From: a virus
Taxonomy: Duplodnaviria > Caudoviricetes
Strand: one strand, 5' to 3'
Virus record (IMG/VR): IMGVR_UViG_3300011334_000294
Coordinates: 1-34,735 of that record
Length of the DNA: 34,735 bases
Below the pieces are notes generated by a model, which saw only the letters and a list, made by a program, of their open reading frames with translations, did not search any database and was not told where the DNA came from. This document shows positions 5,968-15,073 of the stretch, piece after piece. Position 1 is the first letter of the stretch. Every line of letters starts with the position of its first letter. The position numbers were made by a program, and so were the translations under genes.

Positions 5968-7426
5968 CCCCCTAGCGTTTGTGCTATATACATTTCCGTG
6001 GGGCCAAGCAGGCACACCGCTGGAACATTTCCCCGGCCCGCGTAAATGGCAGCGGCAGATACTTTCCGATCTGCGCGACCACATCAAAGAGAACAGCGGC
6101 AAGGTTGACTTCGACACATTCCGTGAGTCAGTGGCGTCAGGACGCGGTATCGGTAAGTCTGCACTAGTGTCATGGCTGGTGATATGGATGCTTTCTAGCC
6201 GCATCGGCTCGACCACCATCGTGTCGGCTAACTCTGAGGCGCAGCTACGCAGCGTCACATGGGCAGAAATTACCAAGTGGCTGGCGATGTCGTTGAACAG
6301 CCACTGGTTCGAGATAGCTGCCACACGCATCATGCCAGCCAAGTGGCTGACCGAACTGGTCGAGCGCGACCTCAAGAAAGGCACGCGCTACTGGTCAGTC
6401 GAAGGCCGGCTGTGGTCAGAAGAGAACCCTGACGCATACGCAGGGGTTCACAACTTCGACGGTGTGATGCTGATCTTCGACGAAGCCAGCGGTATACCTG
6501 ACAGCATCTGGTCGGTCAGCGACGGTTTTTTCACGGAGAATACGCCGCACCGCTTCCATCTGGCCTTCTCCAACCCGCGGCGCAACACTGGCTATTTCTA
6601 CGAGACGTTCCATAGCAAACGGGCGTTCTGGCGCACGCGCACAATCGACGCACGCGATGTCGAGGGTACAGACAAAAACCTGTATCAGCGCATCATCGAC
6701 GAGTACGGGCCAGACAGCTACCAAGCCAGCGTCGAAGTCTACGGTAACTTTCCCTCAGAAGGCGATGATCAGTTCATCGGCAGCAATCTGGTCGATGACG
6801 CCATGAAGCGTCCACCTATCAAGGATGACAGCGCACCCATCGTCATAGGTGTGGACCCGGCACGTTTCGGGGCGGACGCTACCGTCATCGCCATACGGCA
6901 GGGCCGTGACATCTTGGAACTGCGGCGACACCGCGGCGCGGACACTATGGAAGTGGCCGGCTACGTCATCGACGCCATAGAGCAGTTCAAGCCTGCACTG
7001 GTCTGCATAGACGAAGGCGGGCTAGGCGCAGGCGTCGTGGACCGACTGAAGGAACAGCGGTACAAGATACGCGGCGTGAACTTCGGCAATAAGGCTAAGA
7101 ACCAGATCATGTGGGGTAACAAGCGCGCAGAGATGTGGGGTTCCATGCGAGATTGGCTCAAGACGGCGCACATCCCATCGGATCGCTTCCTGAAGACCGA
7201 CCTCATCAGCCCGCGCACCAAGCCTGACAGCAAGGGGACGCTGTTCCTTGAAAGCAAGAAAGATATGAAGTCCCGTGGACTGGCGTCACCTGACGCAGCG
7301 GACGCCATAGCGGTGACATTTGCCTTTCCTGTGGCATCTAAAGACCCACGACAAGGACGCGTTGACAGACGCGCCTCAAGCGGGTATTCTCCCGCTGGAT
7401 ATTCTACATCTTGGATGGGCAGCTAG
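5891..7426 (+). CDS. terL: terminase large subunit
   Basis: Walker A SGRGIGKS, Walker B LIFDEA, SNP coupling motif, nuclease IGVDPA and SPDAADA. Confidence 0.95.
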   Translation: MQQPIYSAQDEMEWMARLWSPALKDDPLAFVLYTFPWGQAGTPLEHFPGPRKWQRQILSDLRDHIKENSGKVDFDTFRESVASGRGIGKSALVSWLVIWMLSSRIGSTTIVSANSEAQLRSVTWAEITKWLAMSLNSHWFEIAATRIMPAKWLTELVERDLKKGTRYWSVEGRLWSEENPDAYAGVHNFDGVMLIFDEASGIPDSIWSVSDGFFTENTPHRFHLAFSNPRRNTGYFYETFHSKRAFWRTRTIDARDVEGTDKNLYQRIIDEYGPDSYQASVEVYGNFPSEGDDQFIGSNLVDDAMKRPPIKDDSAPIVIGVDPARFGADATVIAIRQGRDILELRRHRGADTMEVAGYVIDAIEQFKPALVCIDEGGLGAGVVDRLKEQRYKIRGVNFGNKAKNQIMWGNKRAEMWGSMRDWLKTAHIPSDRFLKTDLISPRTKPDSKGTLFLESKKDMKSRGLASPDAADAIAVTFAFPVASKDPRQGRVDRRASSGYSPAGYSTSWMGS

Positions 7427-7692
7427 TGGCAGACAAGAAAAAATCAGTATCGTTGTCGGTTGGCAGGGGCGAGAAGTTGCCTGTGTCAAAGGGCGCGGGG
7501 CTGACTGCGGCTGGTAGGGCAAAATATAACGCTGCAACAGGCAGCAAATTAAAGGCGCCAGCACCCAACCCGAAGACAAAAGCTGACGCAGGACGCAAAG
7601 CGTCGTTCTGCGCCCGCATGGGGGCTGTTGCAGCCAAGGCAAAGAACGGCGAACGCGCCAAAGCTAGTTTAAAAAGGTGGAAATGCCCATGA
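7426..7692 (+). CDS. small basic conserved phage protein (RKASFCARM motif)
   Basis: GTG overlaps the terL TAG; Lys/Ala-rich. Confidence 0.75.
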   Translation: MADKKKSVSLSVGRGEKLPVSKGAGLTAAGRAKYNAATGSKLKAPAPNPKTKADAGRKASFCARMGAVAAKAKNGERAKASLKRWKCP

Positions 7693-7838
7693 AAAAGGGT
7701 CTATATGCCAACATTCACGCCAAGAAAGAGCGGATTGCCGCTGGATCAGGCGAAAAAATGCGTAAACCGGGCGCTAAAGGCGCACCAACAGCCAAGGCGT
7801 TCAAAGAGAGCGCCAAAACCGCCAAGAAGGGTAAGTAA
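7689..7838 (+). CDS. 49-aa basic protein MKKGLYANIHAKKERIAAGSGEKMRK...
   Basis: Translated by hand; ATGA overlap; RBS AGGTGG. Confidence 0.75.
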   Translation: MKKGLYANIHAKKERIAAGSGEKMRKPGAKGAPTAKAFKESAKTAKKGK

Positions 7839-7839
7839 T

Positions 7840-8124
7840 ATGCCATCAGGTAAAAAAGATATTTACGGCAACAAAAGCAAGGCGCTTTACAAAGCCGGCT
7901 CAATAACTGCTGATCGTAAGGCTGAAGCCGCTGCAATCGCTAACCGCGACCCCGCTCGCGCCCGCGCAGCCATGCAAGCCGTAGCGCGCGAAGGCACGAC
8001 AAACCCCGGCGGCGGTCGCCCAGCGGCTAAAATGCCAGCTAAACCGGCAGCACCAAAGGCAAAGCCTGTACAAGTCATTCGCACGACTCAACTGTACAAG
8101 CCAACACCTACAAAGAAGAAATAA
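7840..8124 (+). CDS. 94-aa Lys/Ala/Pro-rich basic protein
   Basis: Starts 1 nt after the previous stop; RBS AAGGG. Confidence 0.7.
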   Translation: MPSGKKDIYGNKSKALYKAGSITADRKAEAAAIANRDPARARAAMQAVAREGTTNPGGGRPAAKMPAKPAAPKAKPVQVIRTTQLYKPTPTKKK

Positions 8125-8125
8125 C

Positions 8126-8266
8126 GTGCCTCTGGTCAAGTCGCCCAGCAAAGCCGCGTTCCGCAAGAACATCAAGGCTGAGGTAAACGCCGGAAAACCT
8201 GTCAAACAGGCGGTCGCCATCGCGTACAGCGTGAAGCGTGAAGCCGCTAAAAAAGGTAAAAAGTAA
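8126..8266 (+). CDS. 46-aa basic protein MPLVKSPSKAAFRKNIKAEVNAGKPVKQAVAIAYS...
   Basis: Translated by hand; NI..E...GKP.KQAVAIA motif common in phage head modules. Confidence 0.75.
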   Translation: MPLVKSPSKAAFRKNIKAEVNAGKPVKQAVAIAYSVKREAAKKGKK

Positions 8267-8271
8267 CCACA

Positions 8272-10506
8272 ATGGCTGATCCGACAGGTATTAACAAAGT
8301 AGGCGATGTAGCTGACATCGGTAGCGATCCAGCAAACACCCGCGGCAACCCTGATACTATGGCAACTATGCGCCATCGGCTGCAAATGTCGATGGCTGCG
8401 TATTCGGACAGCCGTGAGGACGAACTAGACGACCTTCGGTTTATGGCCGGTAGCCCTGACAACCAGTGGCAATGGCCTGCTGACGTATTGGCGACCCGCG
8501 GTGCGGTGCAAGGCCAGACAATTAACGCACGCCCCTGCTTGACAATTAACAAATTGCCGCAACACGTCCGTCAGGTAACGAACGAACAGCGTCAGAACCG
8601 CCCTGCGGGTAAAGTAATCCCTGTCGATGACAACGCTGATGTTGAAGTGGCAGCTATCTTCGACGGCGTCGTGCGGCATATCGAGTATATGTCCGACGCT
8701 GACGTAGCCTACGACACCGCCTGCGACAACCAAGTCACTTACGGCGAAGGCTATATCCGTCTGATTACGGAATACTGCAACGAAGAAACCTTCGACCAAG
8801 ACGTGCGGATTATGCGCGTCCGCAACTCGTTCAGCGTTTACATGGACCCCACCATCCAAGACCCATGCGGCGCAGATGCTGAATGGTGCTTTGTCACGCA
8901 GGACATGACAAAAGACGAGTACGAGCGCGAATTTCCTGACGCGTCACCTATCTCGTCGATTTTGTCCACCGCTGTGGGTGATGAAAGCATGTCGGCATGG
9001 CTCGACGAAGACACTATCCGCATCGCGGAGTATTTCTATTACAGCCGCAAGCGCGAAACGCTAAATCTGTACCCAGATAACGTCACGGCGTTCAAAAATA
9101 CGCCGATGGATAAGCAATTACGCGCCATGTACGGCAAACCTGTCCGCAGCCGCGAAGTTGATCGCAAAAAAGTCATGTGGATGAAGACAAACGGCTATGA
9201 CGTGCTTGACGAGCGCGAGTGGCCGGGCAGTTGGATACCTGTGGTACGCGTTGTAGGCAACGAATTTGAAGTTCAGGGCCAGATTTACGTGTCTGGTCTG
9301 GTGCGTAACGCCAAAGACGCCCAGCGCATGTACAACTACTGGACCAGCCAAGAGGCAGAAATGCTGGCTCTGGCACCAAAAGCACCGTTTATTGCTTACG
9401 GCGGTCAATTCGAGGGTTACGAGAACCAGTGGAAGACTGCCAACACGACCAACTGGCCGTATTTGGAAGTCAATCCAGACGTCACAGACGGCGCTGGGAA
9501 CGTATTGCCGCTGCCACAGCGTGCAGCACCCCCGCTACCCCAAACAGGGCTGATACAGGCTAAAATGGGCGCTGGTGAGGACATTAAGTCCACCACCGGT
9601 CAATATGACGCGTCGCTGGGCCAACAAGGCAACGAACGGTCTGCAAAAGCCATCACCGCACGCGAAAAGCAGGGTGATGTTGGCACGTACCACTATGTTG
9701 ACAACCTTGCCCGCGCGATCCGGCACATCACCCGCCAGCTTGTCGATATTATCCCTAAGATTTACGACACGCAGCGCATCGCGCGCATCATCGGCGTCGA
9801 TGGTGAAGTCAGCATGGTCAAAATGGACCCAACGCAGCAAGAGCCTGTCAAGGAAATCCGCGACCAAAATGGCGGTTTGATTGAAAAAATCTACAACCCG
9901 TCAATCGGCACATACGACGTTATGGTCACCACAGGCCCCGGCTACATGACCAAGCGCCAAGAGGCGCTCGACGCCATGTCCACAATCCTGCAATCCAACC
10001 CGCAGCTTTGGACTGTGGCTGGCGACTTGTTCATTAAGAACATGGATTGGCCCGGAGCGCAGGAAATGGCGAAGCGGTTCAAGAAAATTCTTGACCCGAA
10101 AGTCTTGGAAGAAGGCGACCAATCGCCTGAAATCATGGCGGCTAAACAGCAGATTGAAGCCCTGTCGCAAGAACTCAACCGCGTCTCTGACATCATGGAA
10201 AACATCCAAGACAGCGCAGAACAGCAGAAGATTGCCATCGACAAGTACAAGGCCGAAGTGCAGGCGTATGACGCCGAAACTAAGCGTATTTCGGCGGTCC
10301 AGAACAGCATGTCGCCTGAACAAATTCAGGACATCGTTATGGGTACGATTGCCGCTGCGATGGACACTGGCGATTTGATTGGCGGCGCGCCTGAAATGCG
10401 TGAAATACCGCAGATGGAAGAACAGATGCCAGAAGCACCTGAAATGGGCGAACAGCCAGAGATGCCGATGGAAATGCCCGAACAAGCCCCTGAAGGAATG
10501 ATGTAA
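8272..10506 (+). CDS. portal protein, P22-like
   Basis: 744 aa; QW...RP.LTIN motif, C-terminal coiled-coil barrel, position after terminase. Confidence 0.93.
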   Translation: MADPTGINKVGDVADIGSDPANTRGNPDTMATMRHRLQMSMAAYSDSREDELDDLRFMAGSPDNQWQWPADVLATRGAVQGQTINARPCLTINKLPQHVRQVTNEQRQNRPAGKVIPVDDNADVEVAAIFDGVVRHIEYMSDADVAYDTACDNQVTYGEGYIRLITEYCNEETFDQDVRIMRVRNSFSVYMDPTIQDPCGADAEWCFVTQDMTKDEYEREFPDASPISSILSTAVGDESMSAWLDEDTIRIAEYFYYSRKRETLNLYPDNVTAFKNTPMDKQLRAMYGKPVRSREVDRKKVMWMKTNGYDVLDEREWPGSWIPVVRVVGNEFEVQGQIYVSGLVRNAKDAQRMYNYWTSQEAEMLALAPKAPFIAYGGQFEGYENQWKTANTTNWPYLEVNPDVTDGAGNVLPLPQRAAPPLPQTGLIQAKMGAGEDIKSTTGQYDASLGQQGNERSAKAITAREKQGDVGTYHYVDNLARAIRHITRQLVDIIPKIYDTQRIARIIGVDGEVSMVKMDPTQQEPVKEIRDQNGGLIEKIYNPSIGTYDVMVTTGPGYMTKRQEALDAMSTILQSNPQLWTVAGDLFIKNMDWPGAQEMAKRFKKILDPKVLEEGDQSPEIMAAKQQIEALSQELNRVSDIMENIQDSAEQQKIAIDKYKAEVQAYDAETKRISAVQNSMSPEQIQDIVMGTIAAAMDTGDLIGGAPEMREIPQMEEQMPEAPEMGEQPEMPMEMPEQAPEGMM

Positions 10507-10868
10507 TGAGTTGCGCTAATTTTATAGGTACACTGTTTCTTGCGCGCGATGTGGCTCACTCGACGCATCTGAACACGCGCAGCTTCGCCAAACATTCCGC
10601 TTTGAACGAGTTTTACGACGAAGTGATCGAGTTGGCGGATAAATTTGCTGAGGCGTATCAGGGAAAATACGGCCTTATCGGCCCTATTTCGCTCATGTCG
10701 GCTAAGAAGACTAACAACATTGTCGAGTTTCTTGAAGGTCAGGTAGACGAACTTGAGGAAATGCGGTATAAAGTCGTCGATAAGGAGTGTACCCCACTCC
10801 AAAACATTATCGACGAGATTTTTGGGTTGTATTATTCAACCTTATACAAACTAAAATTTTTGGCATAA
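10506..10868 (+). CDS. ferritin/Dps-like four-helix protein
   Basis: H..H......H.AL..FY......D.FAE.YQG and final helix LQNIIDEI...YKL. Confidence 0.7.
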   Translation: MSCANFIGTLFLARDVAHSTHLNTRSFAKHSALNEFYDEVIELADKFAEAYQGKYGLIGPISLMSAKKTNNIVEFLEGQVDELEEMRYKVVDKECTPLQNIIDEIFGLYYSTLYKLKFLA

Positions 10869-10878
10869 GGGCTAAATC

Positions 10879-11157
10879 ATGGCTGCATTATATTCACAGA
10901 TTGGCGCAACCGCACAGGTAAAGGTCGGCGCGGGTAAACTGAAGAGCATTTTTGTTTCTTCTGGCACCAGCCCCACGGTCACTGTTTACGATAGCGCGAC
11001 AGCTTCCACCAGCGATCCGGTTATCCTCGCGCAATTTACTGCTGCGACGCCGGGCCTGTACGCTCTGACGGGCGATGAAGGTGGCGTGTATTTTAGCAAG
11101 GGTCTGTACGTCGTTCTCGGCGGCACAACCCCGAAAGCATCTGTCTTTTACGAGTAA
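10879..11157 (+). CDS. hypothetical beta-rich virion protein
   Basis: 92 aa; RBS AAGGG; located in the head module. Confidence 0.7.
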   Translation: MAALYSQIGATAQVKVGAGKLKSIFVSSGTSPTVTVYDSATASTSDPVILAQFTAATPGLYALTGDEGGVYFSKGLYVVLGGTTPKASVFYE

Positions 11158-11172
11158 TTAAGGCTCGAAAAA

Positions 11173-11210
11173 CCGTACTGATGCGGCTCATCAGGAACTC
11201 TTTAAGGGTT
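11173..11210 (+). promoter_or_regulatory. putative H-type pseudoknot plus SD-sequestering hairpin before the scaffold gene
   Basis: CCGT/GCGG and CTGAT/ATCAG interleaved stems; AACTCT-TTA-AGGGTT hairpin. Confidence 0.45.
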
Positions 11211-11214
11211 AACC

Positions 11215-12003
11215 ATGGACGATAATGTCTTTAACGAAGCGGATGCCTCCGCGCCAGAACTCGAAGCCACGGCAGCAATCGAGCCTGTAGAAAACACGAC
11301 GCCGGAAGAGCAGTCTGCTGAACAGGAAGCCCCCAAGACCTTCACACAAGAAGACTTGGACGCCATTGTAGGCAAACGACTCGCAAGAGAGCAGCGTAAA
11401 TGGGAACGCGAACAGGCTCAAAAAGCAGAGGAAATGCAGGCTCGGCAGCAGCCGATCCACGACATTACCCCTGAACAGTTTGAGACTTACGAGGATTACG
11501 CAGAGGTTTTGGCCGAACGTAAAGCCGAAGAGCTGCTGGCACGCCGTGAAAAGGACAGCCAGCAACGTGCAATGCTAGAGTCTTATCACGAACGTGAAGA
11601 GGCGGCGCGGGACAAATATGACGACTTTGAACAAGTCGCCTATAACCCCAACCTTCCAATCACCGACGCGATGGCACTAGCAATACAAGCGTCCGATGTT
11701 GGCCCCGACGTGATTTATCACTTAGGGCTTAACCAAAAAGACGCCCAGCGTATTTCGCGTATGGACCCCATTTTGCAAGCTAGGGAAATTGGCATGATCG
11801 AGGCGCGGCTTACAGCCGAACCTACGTTCAAAAAAACATCCAACGCCCCGGCACCGATTGCTCCTGTTACCGCCCGCACCGCTGGTGCGCCGACATTTGA
11901 TACGACAGACCCACGGTCAGTAAAGTCCATGAGTACGTCAGATTGGATTGAGGCAGAACGGCAACGACAGGTCAAAAAGTTCGAGGCACAACGCAACCGA
12001 TAA
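11215..12003 (+). CDS. capsid scaffolding protein
   Basis: Acidic, helical, FTQEDLDAIV..RL motif; directly upstream of the coat gene. Confidence 0.88.
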   Translation: MDDNVFNEADASAPELEATAAIEPVENTTPEEQSAEQEAPKTFTQEDLDAIVGKRLAREQRKWEREQAQKAEEMQARQQPIHDITPEQFETYEDYAEVLAERKAEELLARREKDSQQRAMLESYHEREEAARDKYDDFEQVAYNPNLPITDAMALAIQASDVGPDVIYHLGLNQKDAQRISRMDPILQAREIGMIEARLTAEPTFKKTSNAPAPIAPVTARTAGAPTFDTTDPRSVKSMSTSDWIEAERQRQVKKFEAQRNR

Positions 12004-12018
12004 ATTAGGATTATTTCC

Positions 12019-13227
12019 ATGAGTAACTCGATTTTAACCATCGACATGATCACGCGCAAGGCGCTTGAAATTCTCGAAAACAACTTGGTTCTTACACGTA
12101 ACGTAAACCGTCAGTACGACGACAGCTTTGCTGTTGAAGGTGCTAAAATTGGTTCAACCCTGCGTATCCGTCTTCCAGACCGCGCACTTGTAACTGATGG
12201 CGCAGCCCTTCAGGTACAGGACGACAACGAACAGTTCACAACTCTGACCGTTGCCAACCAGAAGCACATCGGCGTCAACTTCACATCTGCTGAATTGACC
12301 ATGCAGCTTGACGATTTCGCAGAGCGCGTTCTCAAGCCACGTATCTCGCAGCTTGCTTCGAGCATCGACGCAGACGTTGCCAACGCTTATGCAACCATCG
12401 GTAACTCGGTCGGCACGCCCGGCACTACGCCTTCTTCGTCGTTGGTTCTGTTGCAAGCGCAGCAGAAGCTGAACGAAAACGCAGCCGTAATGTCGCCACG
12501 TTATGCCACCGTCAACCCAGCCGCAAACGCTGGCTTGGTCGAAGGCATGAAGGGTCTCTTCAACCCAACTGACACTGTCAGCAAGCAGTTCAAGAACGGC
12601 ATGATGGGTACTGGCGTACTTGGTTTCGACGAAATCAATATGTCGCAGTCCATCAAGCAGTTCACCACTGGTTCGCGTACTGCAACTGGCGGCACGACTT
12701 CGGCTGCTGTAACATCAGAAGGTGCAACTGCTATCGCCATCACTGGCGCAGGCGCTGCGGCTACTGTTAAAGCTGGTGACGTGTTCACTGTAGCTGACTG
12801 CTATGCTGTCAACCCACAGACCCGTGAAAGCACAGGTTCGCTGTTCCAGTTTGTCGCACTTGCCGACGTAACGCTGAACGGTTCGGGCGCTGGTTCGATC
12901 ACGGTTGCTCCGATGTACTCGGCTGGCCATGCGCTTGCTACCGTCAACATCTTGCCACAAAACAGCAAGGCAATCGTGTTTGTTGGTGCGGCTTCTACGC
13001 AATACGCGCAGAACCTTGTATACCACAAGGATGCCATCACCTTTGCAACCGCCGACCTTCTGCTCCCACAAGGTGTAGATATGGCTTCGCGTCAGGTACA
13101 CAACGGCATCTCGCTCCGCGTTGTTCGTCAATACGACATCAACAACGACCGTATGCCTTGCCGTATCGACGTTCTGTATGGCTACAGCACGATCCGTCCG
13201 CAAATGGCCGTTCGGATGTGGGGTTAA
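12019..13227 (+). CDS. major capsid protein, P22 gp5-like
   Basis: 402 aa; KIG.TL.IR.P and R.DVLYG...RP motifs. Confidence 0.93.
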   Translation: MSNSILTIDMITRKALEILENNLVLTRNVNRQYDDSFAVEGAKIGSTLRIRLPDRALVTDGAALQVQDDNEQFTTLTVANQKHIGVNFTSAELTMQLDDFAERVLKPRISQLASSIDADVANAYATIGNSVGTPGTTPSSSLVLLQAQQKLNENAAVMSPRYATVNPAANAGLVEGMKGLFNPTDTVSKQFKNGMMGTGVLGFDEINMSQSIKQFTTGSRTATGGTTSAAVTSEGATAIAITGAGAAATVKAGDVFTVADCYAVNPQTRESTGSLFQFVALADVTLNGSGAGSITVAPMYSAGHALATVNILPQNSKAIVFVGAASTQYAQNLVYHKDAITFATADLLLPQGVDMASRQVHNGISLRVVRQYDINNDRMPCRIDVLYGYSTIRPQMAVRMWG

Positions 13228-13236
13228 TTTAATCAC

Positions 13237-13267
13237 GGCCTCCGGTTCGCCGGGGGCCAACTTTCTT
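13237..13267 (+). terminator. UUCG hairpin, weak terminator or stabiliser
   Basis: GGCCTCCGG-TTCG-CCGGGGGCC followed by AACTTTCTT. Confidence 0.6.
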
Positions 13268-13281
13268 AAAGGATTTTTATC

Positions 13282-13677
13282 ATGGCATTACCAAATGGAG
13301 CCGGCGGTTATCAAGTTGGCGACGGCAACCTCGGCGAAGTTACGCTGGGCGTATCTTCTATCCCTACTGCGTACACCGCAGCAGCTACACTGACTACTGC
13401 TGACCTGTCTGGCGGTCTTGTCGTCTACACGTCAAGCAGCACGGCTGACCTCGCGCTTCCTGCTGTTTCGGTTGTTGACGCCGACATCAGCAGCGCAAAA
13501 GTTAACTCGTCGTTTGAGTTTGCTTTGGTTGCCACCAGCACAGGCGTACCTACTTTGACAGTAGGCACAGGCTGGACGTTGGTTGGTTCCGGCGCAGGCG
13601 TTGCATCCAAGAGCGTATTGTTCCGCGCCGTTAAAACCAGCGCGACAACGTACAATCTGTACCGCATCGCTGGCTAA
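13282..13677 (+). CDS. putative capsid decoration protein
   Basis: Small Ala/Thr/Gly/Val-rich protein after the coat gene. Confidence 0.65.
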   Translation: MALPNGAGGYQVGDGNLGEVTLGVSSIPTAYTAAATLTTADLSGGLVVYTSSSTADLALPAVSVVDADISSAKVNSSFEFALVATSTGVPTLTVGTGWTLVGSGAGVASKSVLFRAVKTSATTYNLYRIAG

Positions 13678-13684
13678 TAGGTTT

Positions 13685-13712
13685 GCCCCGGCTTCGGTCG
13701 GGGCTTCCTTTT
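13685..13712 (+). terminator. intrinsic terminator
   Basis: GCCCCGGC-TTCG-GTCGGGGC followed by TTCCTTTT. Confidence 0.7.
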
Positions 13713-13725
13713 CAGGAGAAAATCA

Positions 13726-14139
13726 ATGGCTAATACAAAATCTATCGGCGTTGCTTTCCTCGACCAAGACATTATTGGCGCACAATATCTCTTGAGCGAT
13801 GAGCAAATCGGCTACACTGCCGCAGCACAAGGCACGGTTACGCAAGCTACCAGCAAGTCAACCGCCGTCACGCTGAACAAGCCGGCTGGCGTAATCACCA
13901 TGAACAACGCGTCGTTGGCTACTGCCACTAACGCTACGTTCACGCTGAACAACAGCTTCATTTCTGCAAATGACACTGTTATTTTGACTATCTCTGGTGG
14001 TCAAGCAACCCCCGGATCATACAACGTGTTTGCAAACGGTTTGGCTGCTGGCTCTGTCAGCATCAGCCTACGCAACATTTCTGGCGGTACGCTGTCAGAA
14101 GCAGTAGCGATTAACTTTGCTATTCTGCATTGCGTCTAA
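13726..14139 (+). CDS. putative capsid fibre/decoration protein
   Basis: GTVTQATSKSTAVTLN..G.ITM beta-rich protein; RBS AGGAG. Confidence 0.7.
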   Translation: MANTKSIGVAFLDQDIIGAQYLLSDEQIGYTAAAQGTVTQATSKSTAVTLNKPAGVITMNNASLATATNATFTLNNSFISANDTVILTISGGQATPGSYNVFANGLAAGSVSISLRNISGGTLSEAVAINFAILHCV

Positions 14140-14145
14140 CTAATT

Positions 14146-14171
14146 TGGGCGGCTTTCGGGCCGTCCATTTT
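14146..14171 (+). terminator. intrinsic terminator
   Basis: TGGGCGGCT-TTCG-GGCCGTCCA followed by TTTT. Confidence 0.7.
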
Positions 14172-14182
14172 ACGGAGTTTTT

Positions 14183-14359
14183 ATGGCTGTTATATATCTT
14201 GTTCACGACGTCCACGGCGCAAAAGTAGCTATTTCGGAAGAAGAAGCGATTTATGATGAAGATTTCGGCTGGGAACGCTATAATCCTGATGAGCCGGTAA
14301 AGGCACCAATCAACGAAATGCCGGTAGCCAAAAGCCGCCGCGCCACACAGGAAGTCTAA
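14183..14359 (+). CDS. 58-aa protein MAVIYLVHDVHGAKVAISEEEA...GW
   Basis: Translated by hand; RBS GGAG. Confidence 0.7.
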   Translation: MAVIYLVHDVHGAKVAISEEEAIYDEDFGWERYNPDEPVKAPINEMPVAKSRRATQEV

Positions 14360-14362
14360 CCA

Positions 14363-15073
14363 ATGGATACGGCTGGGGACATAATCAACGGATCGCTTAG
14401 GCTTCTGGGCGTTCTGGCAGAAGGCGAAGTTCCATCGGCTGAGACGTCGCAAGACGCGCTACGCGCCATGAACCAGATGATTGATAGCTGGAACACAGAG
14501 CGCCTGTCCGTCTTTTCGACGCAAGACCAAGTATTCACATGGCCTGCGGGCGAACTTTCGCGCACGATGGGGCCAAGCGGCGATTTTGTCGGCAACCGAC
14601 CTGTGTTGCTTGATGACAGCACGTATTTCCTCGATCCCGGCACTGGCGTTAGCTACGGCATCAAATTTATTAACCAGCAGCAGTATAACGGCATTGCAGT
14701 CAAGACCGTGACGTCCACATACCCGCAGGTTATATTCGTCAACAACACATTTCCTGATATTGAAATGTACGTCTACCCGCGCCCAACGCGCGCGCTGGAA
14801 TGGCACTTTATTTCAGTCGAAGAACTCACGCAGCCTGCAACGCTGGCAACCACACTGCATTTTCCACCCGGCTATCTGCGGGCGTTCCGTTACAACTTGG
14901 CGTGCGAGATGGCGCCTGAGTTTGGCGTAGAGCCGTCACCGCAAGTGTCGCGTCTGGCTATGGCGTCAAAGCGCAACCTGAAGCGCATCAACAACCCTGA
15001 CGACATCATGTCCATGCCATACAGCATCGTGGCGACACGTCAGCGTTACAACATTTTCGCGGGCAACTACTGA
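14363..15073 (+). CDS. head-to-tail adaptor, P22 gp4-like
   Basis: TA.DII..SLR.LGV......DAL..MN.M..SW and YNLA.E.APEFG motifs. Confidence 0.85.
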   Translation: MDTAGDIINGSLRLLGVLAEGEVPSAETSQDALRAMNQMIDSWNTERLSVFSTQDQVFTWPAGELSRTMGPSGDFVGNRPVLLDDSTYFLDPGTGVSYGIKFINQQQYNGIAVKTVTSTYPQVIFVNNTFPDIEMYVYPRPTRALEWHFISVEELTQPATLATTLHFPPGYLRAFRYNLACEMAPEFGVEPSPQVSRLAMASKRNLKRINNPDDIMSMPYSIVATRQRYNIFAGNY

